From Basidiobolus meristosporus CBS 931.73 (Eukaryota; Fungi; Basidiobolomycota), in assembly GCA_002104905.1 (NCBI GenBank), contig MCFE01000431.1:1-64000 (forward strand): a DNA stretch of 64,000 nucleotides. The letters are read 5' to 3'. Position 1 is the stretch's first letter. Every line of letters starts with the position of its first letter. The notes beneath the pieces are model-generated. The model did not search any database. It saw nothing but the letters and a program-made list of their open reading frames with translations, and was not told the origin of the DNA. Below, piece after piece: positions 1 to 10,052 of this stretch. Both the position numbers and the translations under genes were made by a program.

Positions 1-270
1 ATTGCTGCCAGAACGTCCAAGTTTTGCCTGTCGTTAAGATATCAAGGGTAAGCATGCTCCTCGTGAACATGAAAAGTTTGTAATCAAATACGCTTGAATG
101 CCGTTAGTATTCGAGCTAAGCATTTGAAAAGGTAAAGCTCTTGTGGTATGTTTACTTATTACCTCTGTTGTTATCCATTAGTGTCTGTTTATCTTGAAGA
201 AAAGGCAGTTTGAGTTTACGATCATCAATACACACAACCGGTTGAGTATACCCACAGCTGGTAAGGACGG
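1..270 (+). pseudogene. 3' remnant of a third paralog (B0) of secreted family B, truncated by the window edge
   Basis: 1-45 (ATTGCTGCCAGAACGTCCAAGTTTTGCCTGTCGTTAAGA) aligns with ~9702-9740 and ~17109-17147. It reads CCQNVQVLPVVK versus YHQNVRVLSVFK and YYQNTRALPVVK. Later fragments (KFVIKYA*, QYTQPVEYTH) resemble the B1 C-terminus but carry stops and frameshifts. Confidence 0.5.
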
Positions 271-1829
271 TTTGTACACTCCAGCAATTTTGATAATTAC
301 TCCTAATCACAGCAAAAGCCCAAAACCTAATGACTTTCCCTTAGAGGTATTGCTCAGTAAAGCCTAAGTGGAATATAATCGTTTACACAAAAGGTTTAGC
401 ACATTATACAATGCTGCGGTTTAAAAAACCTGGTACTTGATGAACATGACTAACCAGGTACTATCCGGATATGGGTAATGGTTCAAAGGTTTTTTAGGAT
501 AAAATTGAGTAAATTTTCGACAAAATCTGTTCCTAAATACGTCATTTTGTATTGGCTGTATTACTTTGCAGGGTTTTTGATTCAAGATATGTGTGCTCGA
601 TAATCCTACATATTTAAAATATCAATGGGAAATCGGATTTTGGTTTGCCAAATTAGCCGTTATCTGCAGTATTTCTTGATCAACCGGGAAGTCTGCTTAT
701 AATTGTCCTTGGGCTTCACGGATAGTTGTATGCTTCCTTTAATCATCAATCATCTAAATAACAATTTGTGTAGACATCAACCCAAGCCCAATCTGAATGT
801 CAGCGAAAATCAAAATACCTTCAACAATGCCTTGCCAAGATATCAACCATTACCTCCCTGAGAGCACCAAGCCTAATAAGCAATCCTTGTGGAGACTGCT
901 GGCCTATCCGCCGAGAAATTAGCTAGGCTTGGTTTCATCAGTGAGGTATAGTTGCTGACTATAATTGGCCAGATTAATCATCAACACCAGATTGAACAAA
1001 CCAGCCAATCATGTTATCATATGCAAAAATCTCTCGCAAGTGAGCGGAAGCGTAATAGTGAGTATCAAGCCAATATAGCACTTTGATAGGATTTTTCTTA
1101 ACAGCATCGATCCGGGATATGCAATACGCTAGATTGAACTGTATTGCTACAAAAACTGTTAGGGCGGATCTTGGTTGGAACCAGCTAGATCCTGAAATAG
1201 ATGGCGGTGATAATTTAGAAGTGCGACTACAACTATTCCGGCTTTTGGATGGGCTATGCATGGTGGCTTCAGAGGCATGACACAGCAGTAGCAAAAGAGC
1301 AACGCATAGTAGCACAAGCAAGTGTGACCAGGATAATTTCCACGTATAAAAAGATTAGCGAAGGCCTGGATATTGGCAAGAATACACCATGACTTTTGCA
1401 AACTGGCTCTATAATCGGGTGAATGACTCCGACGAAGGAGAAGAGGACTATGAAGGAAGATGCTTCTCCTGGAGCAACAACAGTCCTGCAGGACCATACT
1501 ACAGCTACGAGAAAATCTGGGACATGCCTGTTGGTAGCTCACGTCCAGCAACGATTGCTAGCAAGGTAGTCACTGTTTCGAGAAAGGCGTGATGGGATAA
1601 GCAACATATCACTCTTGGATAATTAAATAAAGAGCCTGATGCTGTCATAAGGCTTGTTCAACCCACACCTTTAGCCAGAGTGAATTTCCGCATTGACATT
1701 TCTTGGCCATGTGTGCACGCGGTGTGGCAAGGTAAACACCCGAGCAGTCCGTATTTGAGTCATCAGCATGCTAAGCAACTTACTGATACTGTGGTAAGGC
1801 TGCATGTACTCAACGGTCATATAGTGGTT

Positions 1830-2140
1830 GGCATTCAGGTGCTATTTTCACTGTTGCTGCTACCGTTGCTTTTATCATCTCACCGTTACCGGCTCCACCA
1901 TGACCAGAGCTATAAGCACGTAAATCATCTTCACCATTTATGTTACCTTGATTGCTGTAACCACTTGTATTACCATCAGCATTTCCGCCATTGCCGTTGC
2001 ACGCATCACTATTCCGTTGCTGCCCTTGGCATTGTCACCATGACCTACACTGTTTCCGCCATCAGCAGAATTATTAGCACTCCCATCATTTCCACCGTTT
2101 CTTTTATTATTTCTACCGTTGCTATTTACGCTGCCACCAG
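1830..2140 (-). pseudogene. Frameshifted Gly/Asn/Ser/Asp-rich coding remnant
   Basis: The minus strand reads GGSVNSNGRNNKRNGGNDGSANNSADGGN, then after shifts NGNGGNADGNTSGYSNQGN and DDKSNGSSNSENST*. Composition matches 4770-5010. Confidence 0.45.
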
Positions 2141-2149
2141 CATATATGA

Positions 2150-2960
2150 GAGAATCCGGGATCAAGCTATGCAGCTCCCAACTGTTTGCTAGTCTTAACC
2201 CTTGCTTTCCAGCCCCACTCGGCAATACATGAGTAGCGTACATCAATGAGGCTTGTACCGATATTTCCGAGACATGAATGCAAGTCAGCCACTTAGGAAG
2301 GAAAAAGTAACTCTATTTCTCCTCAGGATCTTGACCCACTTTTTACGCATATTCATTGCCGGATGGATCTGGAACTCTCAACCACCAAGTATACCGAGCG
2401 ATTCCAGAGGCATACATAGGTGGCAAGCCATTGGAATCTTCTCACGTTCAAAATCCTGGTGTAGAATATTCCATCATCCCTGGCAAATACTGAAAGATGT
2501 CTTGCCGGACGCCTTTGTGCAATAATTTGCAGTGCTGAACACCCATACTAGAGTATCGTGGATATGAAGTGTGTCCATGGAGGCTGTATGATCCCACATA
2601 TGAATACTGAGGATATCGGTCCCATCCGTTTGTAGATTCACGAAGGATTCACGAATATTGATGCGAAATCTTTGTCAACAATGGACAGTTTAGTTGGGGT
2701 TCTTGCCCTTTCCCAGCTGGTAGGATTTGTAGTCAATTGTGAATTTGGTTGCAACAACCATCTGATCACTTCATGTTCAGTCGCCCATTCATGCCTCTAA
2801 TTGATACCAACTTGTGCATTGATGAAGCTCCATCCTGCCTCGGAATAAGCAAAGAAGATTGAAGCATGTGGCTTTGTCCATTTGAATCTCTCAGCCATTG
2901 CTATGAGTAGAGGCATATGACAAGTCAAAGCTCTTAATTAGCCAGAGCCAGGTAGGAGGT
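2150..2960 (-). pseudogene. Aryl-alcohol dehydrogenase (AAD/NorA-like) aldo-keto reductase pseudogene
   Basis: Manual translation gives MDKATCFNLL, AYSEAGWSFI, DQMVVATKFTIDYKSYQLGKGKNPN*, LQTDGTDILSIHMWDHT and FSICQG*WNILHQDFEREKIPMA, which are hallmark AAD-family motifs. Several stops and frameshifts are present and the YLGISD segment is deleted. Confidence 0.8.
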
Positions 2961-3179
2961 GAAAATAATCGCTATTTATGCCATTTGTCATTTATGCATT
3001 TGTCAGCATGCGTTCTGAGCAACTCACATTGACCATAAATGGATTGATAACTCGATTACCAAATTGGGTGATTAAGTGGAAATTAACCAGAAACTTCCAA
3101 ACATTTGTCATCCAACTGCAAAAACCCATTATAAAATGCGATACGATAAGTTCAGGTTGGTATTCAGTACAATACAACA

Positions 3180-3908
3180 ATGCCAGCCAATCTTCCACGC
3201 AGAGCACTACTAGCCATCACCAGCTATAACGAGCCTTTCTACGCCAATGGTAGTAAGACTGGACTCTTTTATACGGAAGCGTTGCACCCGTTCGAAGCAC
3301 TTGTCGAGGCCGGGTTCGAGGTTGACTTCGCCTCCGAGACTGGCACTTACGGAGTGGATGAGCACTCCTTGTCGAAAGACTTTCTCTCCGAGGATGATCA
3401 AAAGGTGCTGAACGACCCAGAGCATCCATTCAATGTCAAACTGAACTCACAGCTTCACAAGGCGTCGGACCTCAACCCTGCTGATTATGGTCTATTCTTT
3501 GCTTCTGCTGGGCACGCGACCTTGTGGGATTACCCTACGGCTCGTGGCCTGCAGCATATTGCCGAGGACATATACAAGCGTGGAGGTGTTGTTTCAGCTG
3601 TGTGTCATGGGCCAGCCATTCTCCCTGCCATCGTTGACAGCACCACAGGCAAATCCATCATCGCTGGCAAGAAGGTCACCGGGTTCACCACGGAGGGTGA
3701 GGTGATGCTTAGCCTGCTTGATATTATCAAATCAGCCAATGTGGCTACAATCGAAGAAGGAGCGGCCGCTGTTGGAGCCGAGTATGTGGCACCCCCCACT
3801 CCGTTTGCCGATTTTACACAAACTGACGGCCGAGTTGTCACTGGAGCTAACCCAGCAAGCGCACGATCCACCGCTGAGGATGCCATCAAGGTGTTCTCGA
3901 GCCTCTAA
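3180..3908 (+). CDS. HSP31: DJ-1/PfpI family, Hsp31-type glutathione-independent glyoxalase III, copy 1 (242 aa)
   Basis: Intact intronless ORF with YTEALHP (catalytic Glu), GHATLWDY, AVCHGP (nucleophile Cys-His) and RVVTGANPASA. A TATA-like TATAAAA lies ~50 nt upstream and the start context is ACAATG. Confidence 0.95.
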   Translation: MPANLPRRALLAITSYNEPFYANGSKTGLFYTEALHPFEALVEAGFEVDFASETGTYGVDEHSLSKDFLSEDDQKVLNDPEHPFNVKLNSQLHKASDLNPADYGLFFASAGHATLWDYPTARGLQHIAEDIYKRGGVVSAVCHGPAILPAIVDSTTGKSIIAGKKVTGFTTEGEVMLSLLDIIKSANVATIEEGAAAVGAEYVAPPTPFADFTQTDGRVVTGANPASARSTAEDAIKVFSSL

Positions 3909-4507
3909 AGGGCAACATCTGTGTATAGTAGATAGACATTCAATAAATTCTTTAATTAACTCTCAATACTGTCTACATTGGTACTTCATGCATCTGGTGA
4001 TGGAAAAACTATTGGATGCTACAGAGTACCAAAAAAAATCTTTTGGCTTCTTGTTGCAGCGTTGTACTTTCGTATTTTCTACAATGCAGAGAGGAAATGG
4101 GTGATACATTTAACAGAAATGTCATGGATATTTGGAGAGCTGGGAAACTGGTAAAGTTAAGGATTTTTCCTAGTCTTTCAAAAGGCTTTTGTAGAGATGA
4201 CTCTTAGGGTAATGTGGAGTGCGCAAGACATCATCAATAACCTCATTGATTGGTTAGCAGTGTTTGGAGTCAATGGATAGTAAAGCACAACATACTCTCA
4301 CACCTGTAGCGTGCTTTTATCTTAAGCAGCCTGTTTGTCAGACTTTTGATACCGGTATGTAGTTTGCCAACTATTGTTCTCTGAATTTCACTACTTGGAG
4401 AGTGTCACTGTTGATCATTTTATCTTGCCTGACCTGTCTACTGGCTGAAGCATGTTGAAATATATTTTTCTTGCTTGCTACTTCCACTATAGATAAGACC
4501 ATTGGGA

Positions 4508-5010
4508 TTACTCTTGACCACATCCAATTGTGCAAGAGAACAACACCGCAGAGATGAAGAATCCATATGATGGCTTTCCTGTTTGTAATCCCGCATGGTT
4601 CTCTAGGGAGGTGGCATCTGGACAAGTCCCTTCAGCCAAAAGGCCATTGAGGATAGCAACGTAGCCAATGGTGCTTGTCACATATCCAAAGTTTAGGCAG
4701 TGTGCAAACATTGAGAATAACGGAAGCCATCTATTGCTTTTATGGCATGATTTCACATGGCCCTGGCTCTCAATATAACACAATCATCCCAGCTGTCTCC
4801 GCTCTGATTGACACCGCCATTGTCATTACCTTCAAAATCACAGCTTCCAGCCCCGTTTGCGTTATTGCCACCATTGCTAACCTCTCCGCTCCCACCATCA
4901 CTACCGCCGCTACTGTTACCAGTATCAAAAGCACCACTACCACAACTACCATTCCCATTATCACCACTGCTACCGCTATTTCCATTGCCAGCGCCGCCAC
5001 CACCTAATTT
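4508..5010 (-). pseudogene. Gly/Asn/Ser-rich coding remnant followed by a frameshifted Cys-containing segment
   Basis: The minus frame reads LGGGGAGNGNSGSSGDNGNGSCGSG...NQSGDSWDDC without an ATG. A frameshift near 4780 leads to CYIESQGHVKSCHKSNRWL...FAHCLNFGY...NGLLAEGTCP. Confidence 0.45.
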
Positions 5011-5230
5011 TAGCCATCAAGCCCTTTTCCTCCGCATTATTTAAGCGGGCTCTGCTACATGGCTACGTATAATCAACCAATGGATGACTGAAACTAATTT
5101 TATGCGATATATGATACCTGTTGCTTGACGAGCATGAAGTTAGTGTCACAAATAAATAAATGGTTACTTGAATGGCATTGAGAAAGCAATAGAAGTATGG
5201 CAACTTTGTGAGGGAATCCCCCATCCAGTC

Positions 5231-5408
5231 ATGCAGCTTTCCTTCCTCTTGCTTGTTGCAGCAATCATATCTTTGTGAATCTCAGGCATCTCACACCAAC
5301 GACCTATGTGCCGAGCAGTTGGGAGCTTGTTTACAGGAGGCAGTGACTTCCAACAACGAAGACCAATCCTTGACTGAGAATGAAGGCGACTTAGATTTGA
5401 GTGATTGA
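5231..5408 (+). pseudogene. Degenerate paralog (A0) of secreted family A
   Basis: CCAGTCATGCAGCTTTCCTTCCTCTTGCT is identical to the A2 start. It reads MQLSFLLLVAAIISL*, then in another frame TNDLCAEQLGACLQE versus TNEPCVEQQGACYQD in A2. Confidence 0.65.
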
Positions 5409-5449
5409 ATTATAATAAGTAAAGTTGCAAAGAATTGGCATTTTTAATG

Positions 5450-7200
5450 GCTGCTTTTTCAGCACAGCTGATGCATCATTAAACCTTAAGTAGTTTGACA
5501 AAGCATAGGTCATCAATTAGACCCTCTATCTACCCATCATGAATGTAAGAGATTTTCTTGGTGGTTATACTCTGACTTGCAAGCCTCATGTGCTTCAAAG
5601 TCATTAAGAACCATTGTTGAGTATTACATAGAACAATGCACCTCAAGATGGCTTCATGTTACTGTGTGCTATTAGCCAGCTTTTGCTCCCTTAATAAGTG
5701 AGTAAACAACTGAGTTCCATACCAATCACACACAAGTATGAAGGCAGCAAGTGCAGCTAAGATATAAACATTGTGAATGCACATTTAAATCTACCACTAC
5801 ATGCATATACAGAGAGCTTGGAATGCAGGGTTTCCAGCAGTTCTCATCTAGTCTATGCACCCATATATAGCACTTCTAGGCCACATCAAGGAGTTAGCTT
5901 GTAATTCCCAAGTTCATACTGGTGTATATGTTTTGCTTCAAATATTGTTTTTATTTACCAAAGTATTATTGTGTAACTATAGTGGTATAGTAGCTTTCCT
6001 CTTCACTGAATACTTGCATCTTAAATTGAAACTATTGATCCATGACTAAGCAATACAGTTGTACTGTTGTTGGTATATATTAATGACTATTTATAGTTTG
6101 ATCAATATGGTATTATTTATGATAGACATAAATCACTTTTAGTCAGCATACACACATATTCTGAAGAGCATTTCCAACATGCACTGGAACTAAAGCATCT
6201 CATTCATTGCAATGTTATATACAATCAAGGAGTGCTCAGCATCCTGAAGGAGCCCAACTCTGAATACAATATGCCTAATTCACCAGGTTGCATGTGTATG
6301 CACACCTTGTGCACCATCAAGATTCTCAAGGATACATTGGATTCACCATAATATAGATGGGCTAGCCTCTATGAGTAATGATAAAAGGCTGCTAGGTATT
6401 GGTAATATCTTCTGAAAGTGTTGAAGGAATGGCTCATGTAGTAGACAAAGGCAGCTAAACTTTATGTGAGCAGTTTTGATACAGGCTATCAGTTTGTTGT
6501 AGGAGTCTTGGAGACATTTGCATTTACTGGGAGAGTAAGTGTATTATTGGGCATTCACTTAATGACTTGTTCAAGTGAAAGTAGTATTTGTACTTTTGTG
6601 TACTCTTTGTATACTCTTTGTAAGACAAGCACATAGAATATGCTTAGGAATGTCCCTAGAGTATGTGTGCAAATTTGAGGCTGTATTAGCTGCTTTAAGA
6701 TATTTCATTTCCTAAGTGCCTGTACTTTTGGGAGGAGCCATTCCAGGTAAACCCCAATAAGGAACTTTGTCAGAGCCTGACCTGTAGTCTATAATCTAGG
6801 CAATCATGTTGGATGGATGATTAGGTGTAATTACAAAATTTACCACATAATGTATTTGCTGTAGACAATAGTTTTGTGTGCTTGCATATCTGGTTTATTG
6901 TCTTGAGCATACATTAGAAGACACAATATAATATGTATGGAGCTCTGAGCCCAATATACTTTGTCAGGAGTATAACTCCAGCTTCAGTGATCTAACCAAG
7001 AACCACCTATATAGTACACCCAGTCCTCCATTTGGTTTTTGATATTACCATATCCTATTCTCTTCTACTGCCTTTTGGTTCAGTCCAATCTTGACTATAT
7101 AAGCTCCCAAGCTTCTGGTCTAGCAAATTTCTGGTCGAGGCAGAGAGATGATGGTGAAGAAAATGCTGTGTACCTGAATCATAAGCATTATCACTGTCAT
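5450..7200. mobile_element. AT-rich, CpG-depleted degenerate repeat relic (unclassified)
   Basis: Almost no CG dinucleotides over ~1.7 kb, as in the recognisable retroelement relics of this window. No long ORF. The family could not be assigned. Confidence 0.45.
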
Positions 7201-7351
7201 AACTTAATTATTCATATATAGTTAGAACTGATTAACAGAGTCAAAAATCTTTTAATAGGTTCATTGCCCATCATGGTAATGGTAAATGCCAAATGTTGAC
7301 CTCTAAGTGCTCACTCAACTCAAGTGACCCCAGTGAAGCGGTACCAATGCA

Positions 7352-7790
7352 GTGCCCTTGCCTCCCCAAGACAGTCTAAAATGCAATCCTGAACAAGGAG
7401 TGAAGGAACATACTGCGGGTCTTTACATCAAGAAATTGGCCAAGATTGACTTCATTACCCTGACTTTCAATGCCGCCAACCAAGGCAAGAATGAAGGCCT
7501 CAACCACAGAGTGAAGGACTTAAATCTAGCTATCTTGGATGAGGCTGATACCTCTGCATCAGGAGGATATGCTACATGTGCCGTATAAACTTATTTCATG
7601 GGGAGAAGCTATGCATGGCAGTCATTTATTCAATGACTTGGAGTGTGGCGCCTTCCTGCTTAGTGATGGAACATGGGTACCAATGGGCTCGCATATCAAA
7701 CCTTCATTCAGGCAAGCTACACTGATAAATCAATTGTGGGAATCCAGGTTTTCGAGTGTATTGGCACAGTCAATGCCGAACACATATAAC
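7352..7790 (+). pseudogene. YcjY-like alpha/beta hydrolase pseudogene, copy 1
   Basis: GVKEHTAGLYIKKLAKIDFITLTFNAANQGKNEGL...SASGGY matches the family pattern GVKEQTAGLYA-x-LA-x-GF-x-TLAFDAAYQGESEG...GICASGGY, with internal deletions and an early stop. Confidence 0.65.
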
Positions 7791-7923
7791 TAATCAAAAG
7801 TGCGTATATTGCAACAAGAAAGTCCAAGGTAGCCTCAACTAATCCCTGTACTATCCGCTCAATATTGTCGACTCTTGACAAACAAAAATAAATTTATTCA
7901 CACCAGTACTCTAAGCCAACCGG

Positions 7924-8000
7924 GTTAAATCAATCTATCTTGCATAATGCTATGAACGAAGCCTAATTGAATGGGATTGAGAAGGTGATATAAATCGGGA
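7924..8000 (+). promoter_or_regulatory. Copy of the family-A promoter cassette (TATA-containing) upstream of the unrelated 8169 gene
   Basis: GGTTAAATCAATCTA...GCTATGAACGAAGCCTAATTGA.TGGGAT.GAG..GGTGATATAAATCGG is also at ~16107-16185 and, with deletions, at ~8856-8905. Confidence 0.55.
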
Positions 8001-8168
8001 AAGCTCCGCGTAGATGCGTAGAAGATTGTATATCAACGACTGAACCAGCTTTACGACCAATCAAAGGATTATTGCAATTATGGGTGCAAACAAGAACCAT
8101 CCTCAAAAAAGCAAAGCAATGTCCGCTAGTTGTTAGGAGTGACCATTCAAGAAACACTTAACGACAAA

Positions 8169-8523
8169 ATGCTTTTCATAAATATCCTCTTAGCCGGCAT
8201 CCTCTTTTGCCGCTCCTCTTGACCGCGACCAGCCCGGTATTACGGCAACCCCCGAGTATGTGGAGCTATATAAAAACGTAAAGGTATGTCGTGAAGAATT
8301 TCCATCCTCACTCAAGGCCATTCCCGCTGGTAAGGAAGTGAGGTTTGCGGAATGTGTGAAGATGATCCAGGAGTTTACTCAAAGCCTGGGAGCACCGAGT
8401 AATAGTGTGGCAAAGCGTGCTCTTGACGTATTTTTTGATGCCCTAGATCGCTTTGAGCAGACAGCAAAAAGCTCAAACCTCGTCTGTGGGATTACTAAGC
8501 AAAAAGGCGGCAAGGATATGTAA
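8169..8523 (+). pseudogene. Secreted protein gene (~117 aa) with a single 1-nt frameshift in the signal peptide region
   Basis: CAAAATG context; MLFINILLAGILF stops after 17 codons. Removing one T from CTCTTTTGCC gives ...AAPLDRDQPGITATPEYVELYKNVKVC..., continuous with track ORF 8260-8523. Confidence 0.55.
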
Positions 8524-8929
8524 CAAAGGCTACTGCTGGAGAAGGGTAAGTTGCCATGGAGTTTTCTGTACAGAAACAGTAACTTAGAAGGTATTCAGTG
8601 CCATGGAGGAGTAGCGATTATCTCGTTTGGCATTGGATATGTAGCAAAGTGCACCAGAGTGGTGTTACATCAACAATATTCAAAGGTTTAGTAAGTTTGC
8701 ATTCTTACTGACGCTAAAGTCTTTTTGCAGTGGCTCCGAATATCATACTGCTAGCTTTATACTATAAAGCACTTGGTTGAAATCAAATGCTGATTACTAT
8801 TTCGTGTATGCACTGTCTCACATTTTTTGAGAAGTAGCAAACGGCGAGGCACCCAGGTTAAATCAATCTAGCTCGCATAAAGCTAATTGTGTGGGATCGA
8901 GAGAGTCCGCATGACTTCACCAATCAGTC

Positions 8930-9406
8930 ATGCAGCCTTCCTTCCTGTTGCTAGTTTCCGCCATCGCTTCACTGCAAGCAATCTCCGCTACCCCACTTGG
9001 TGGCTCCCAGGTAGCCTCAACCAATGAGCCATGCGTCGAACAACTGGGTGCTTGTTATCAGGACACTTAGGCCCCCAGTCAAGAACACCAGCCGTCAACT
9101 GAGGAGGTGGATGATTCGGAGATGAGTGGGCCAATGCAAACGAGCCAGACTTCGGGTTACAAGGGTTTGACATTTCAAATTTACAACCATCCCAAGCCTT
9201 ACTGGACAACATCAATGGCCATTCTGCAAGTAAAGCCAATGCCTTGTCCAACTCAAATCAGTTCGATCAGGCGCAAGTCATTGATCAAACCCTCTACAAA
9301 TTATCATCACTCAGCCAGCATGAAGTACAAGAGATCTGCTCGTCGCCACTTCAAAGATACTCCAGAAAATCATGGTGAGTTCCACAAAATAATGGAAGAA
9401 AATTGA
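8930..9406 (+). pseudogene. Family A pseudogene (A1)
   Basis: MQPSFLLLVSAIASLQAISATPLGGSQVASTNEPCVEQLGACYQDT* has a premature TAG at ~9068 (TCG in A2), plus a 22-nt frameshifting deletion, further 3' deletions and loss of the TATA box. Confidence 0.85.
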
Positions 9407-9569
9407 AAAATAACGAGTGAAGGGAATGCAAAACACCGATGGTACTCAAAAAGTATAATAATTGTGTGAGTAATGACCTGATTAATCCATGAAATATATA
9501 ATAGCAATTTTCCCAGCTAACCCATGTTGTATGCTATACAACAGCCCACAAATACGTTATTCGCTCCGC

Positions 9570-10052
9570 ATGCGCTTTATTACTGTAGGCCTTGCCGCGA
9601 ATCAAGTTGCCGTTGCTGCCCCAATCGGCTGTTCTTCTCCATGCACTCGCGAGTATAGAAGGGTTCATTATCGCAGTTTACCATGTGTACAGTATGCGAC
9701 CGATTACCACCAAAACGTTCGAGTTTTGTCTGTTTTTAAGACACCCAATGTCCGATCCCCGTTATTGCGTCAGGGTTTCACCACCGTGACCAGAAAGCAA
9801 GATAGCCTGAACATTGCTAATGCCAACAGCAATAAGGGCTTCAATGTCAAGTATCAAGCAGGGCCCAGTCTTAAACTGGAGGGTCGGGGCAACGCATTAG
9901 AATATGCCAAGCAAAAGGACTACAGTTCTTTCTCTCCCTACGTTCTGATGCAGCCCACCCAAGATGTACAGTACACAACACCAGTAACAGAGACACAATG
10001 TGTGAAAGAACAAAATATTCAATACACTCATTGTGCTGACAATTGCGCCTAA
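9570..10052 (+). CDS. Putative secreted Cys-containing protein, family B (B1, 160 aa)
   Basis: Open frame from the ATG conserved with B2 (MRFITVGLAANQVAVAAP). The N-terminus is signal-like but 4 aa shorter than in B2. Cys residues at both ends (GCSSPC, QCV, HCADNCA). Confidence 0.55.
   Translation: MRFITVGLAANQVAVAAPIGCSSPCTREYRRVHYRSLPCVQYATDYHQNVRVLSVFKTPNVRSPLLRQGFTTVTRKQDSLNIANANSNKGFNVKYQAGPSLKLEGRGNALEYAKQKDYSSFSPYVLMQPTQDVQYTTPVTETQCVKEQNIQYTHCADNCA

Noticed and set aside
4675-5044. ORFs 4675-5007 (+), 4770-5003 (-), 4808-5044 (+), and also 1680-2192 (+), as membrane or Thr/Pro-rich proteins
   Set aside because: They are shadow frames of the Gly/Asn/Ser-rich low-complexity remnants.
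5450-7200. KDZ/Zisupton transposase assignment for the CpG-depleted relic
   Set aside because: Only a faint LANSTQ*H resemblance on the minus strand; not enough to name the family.
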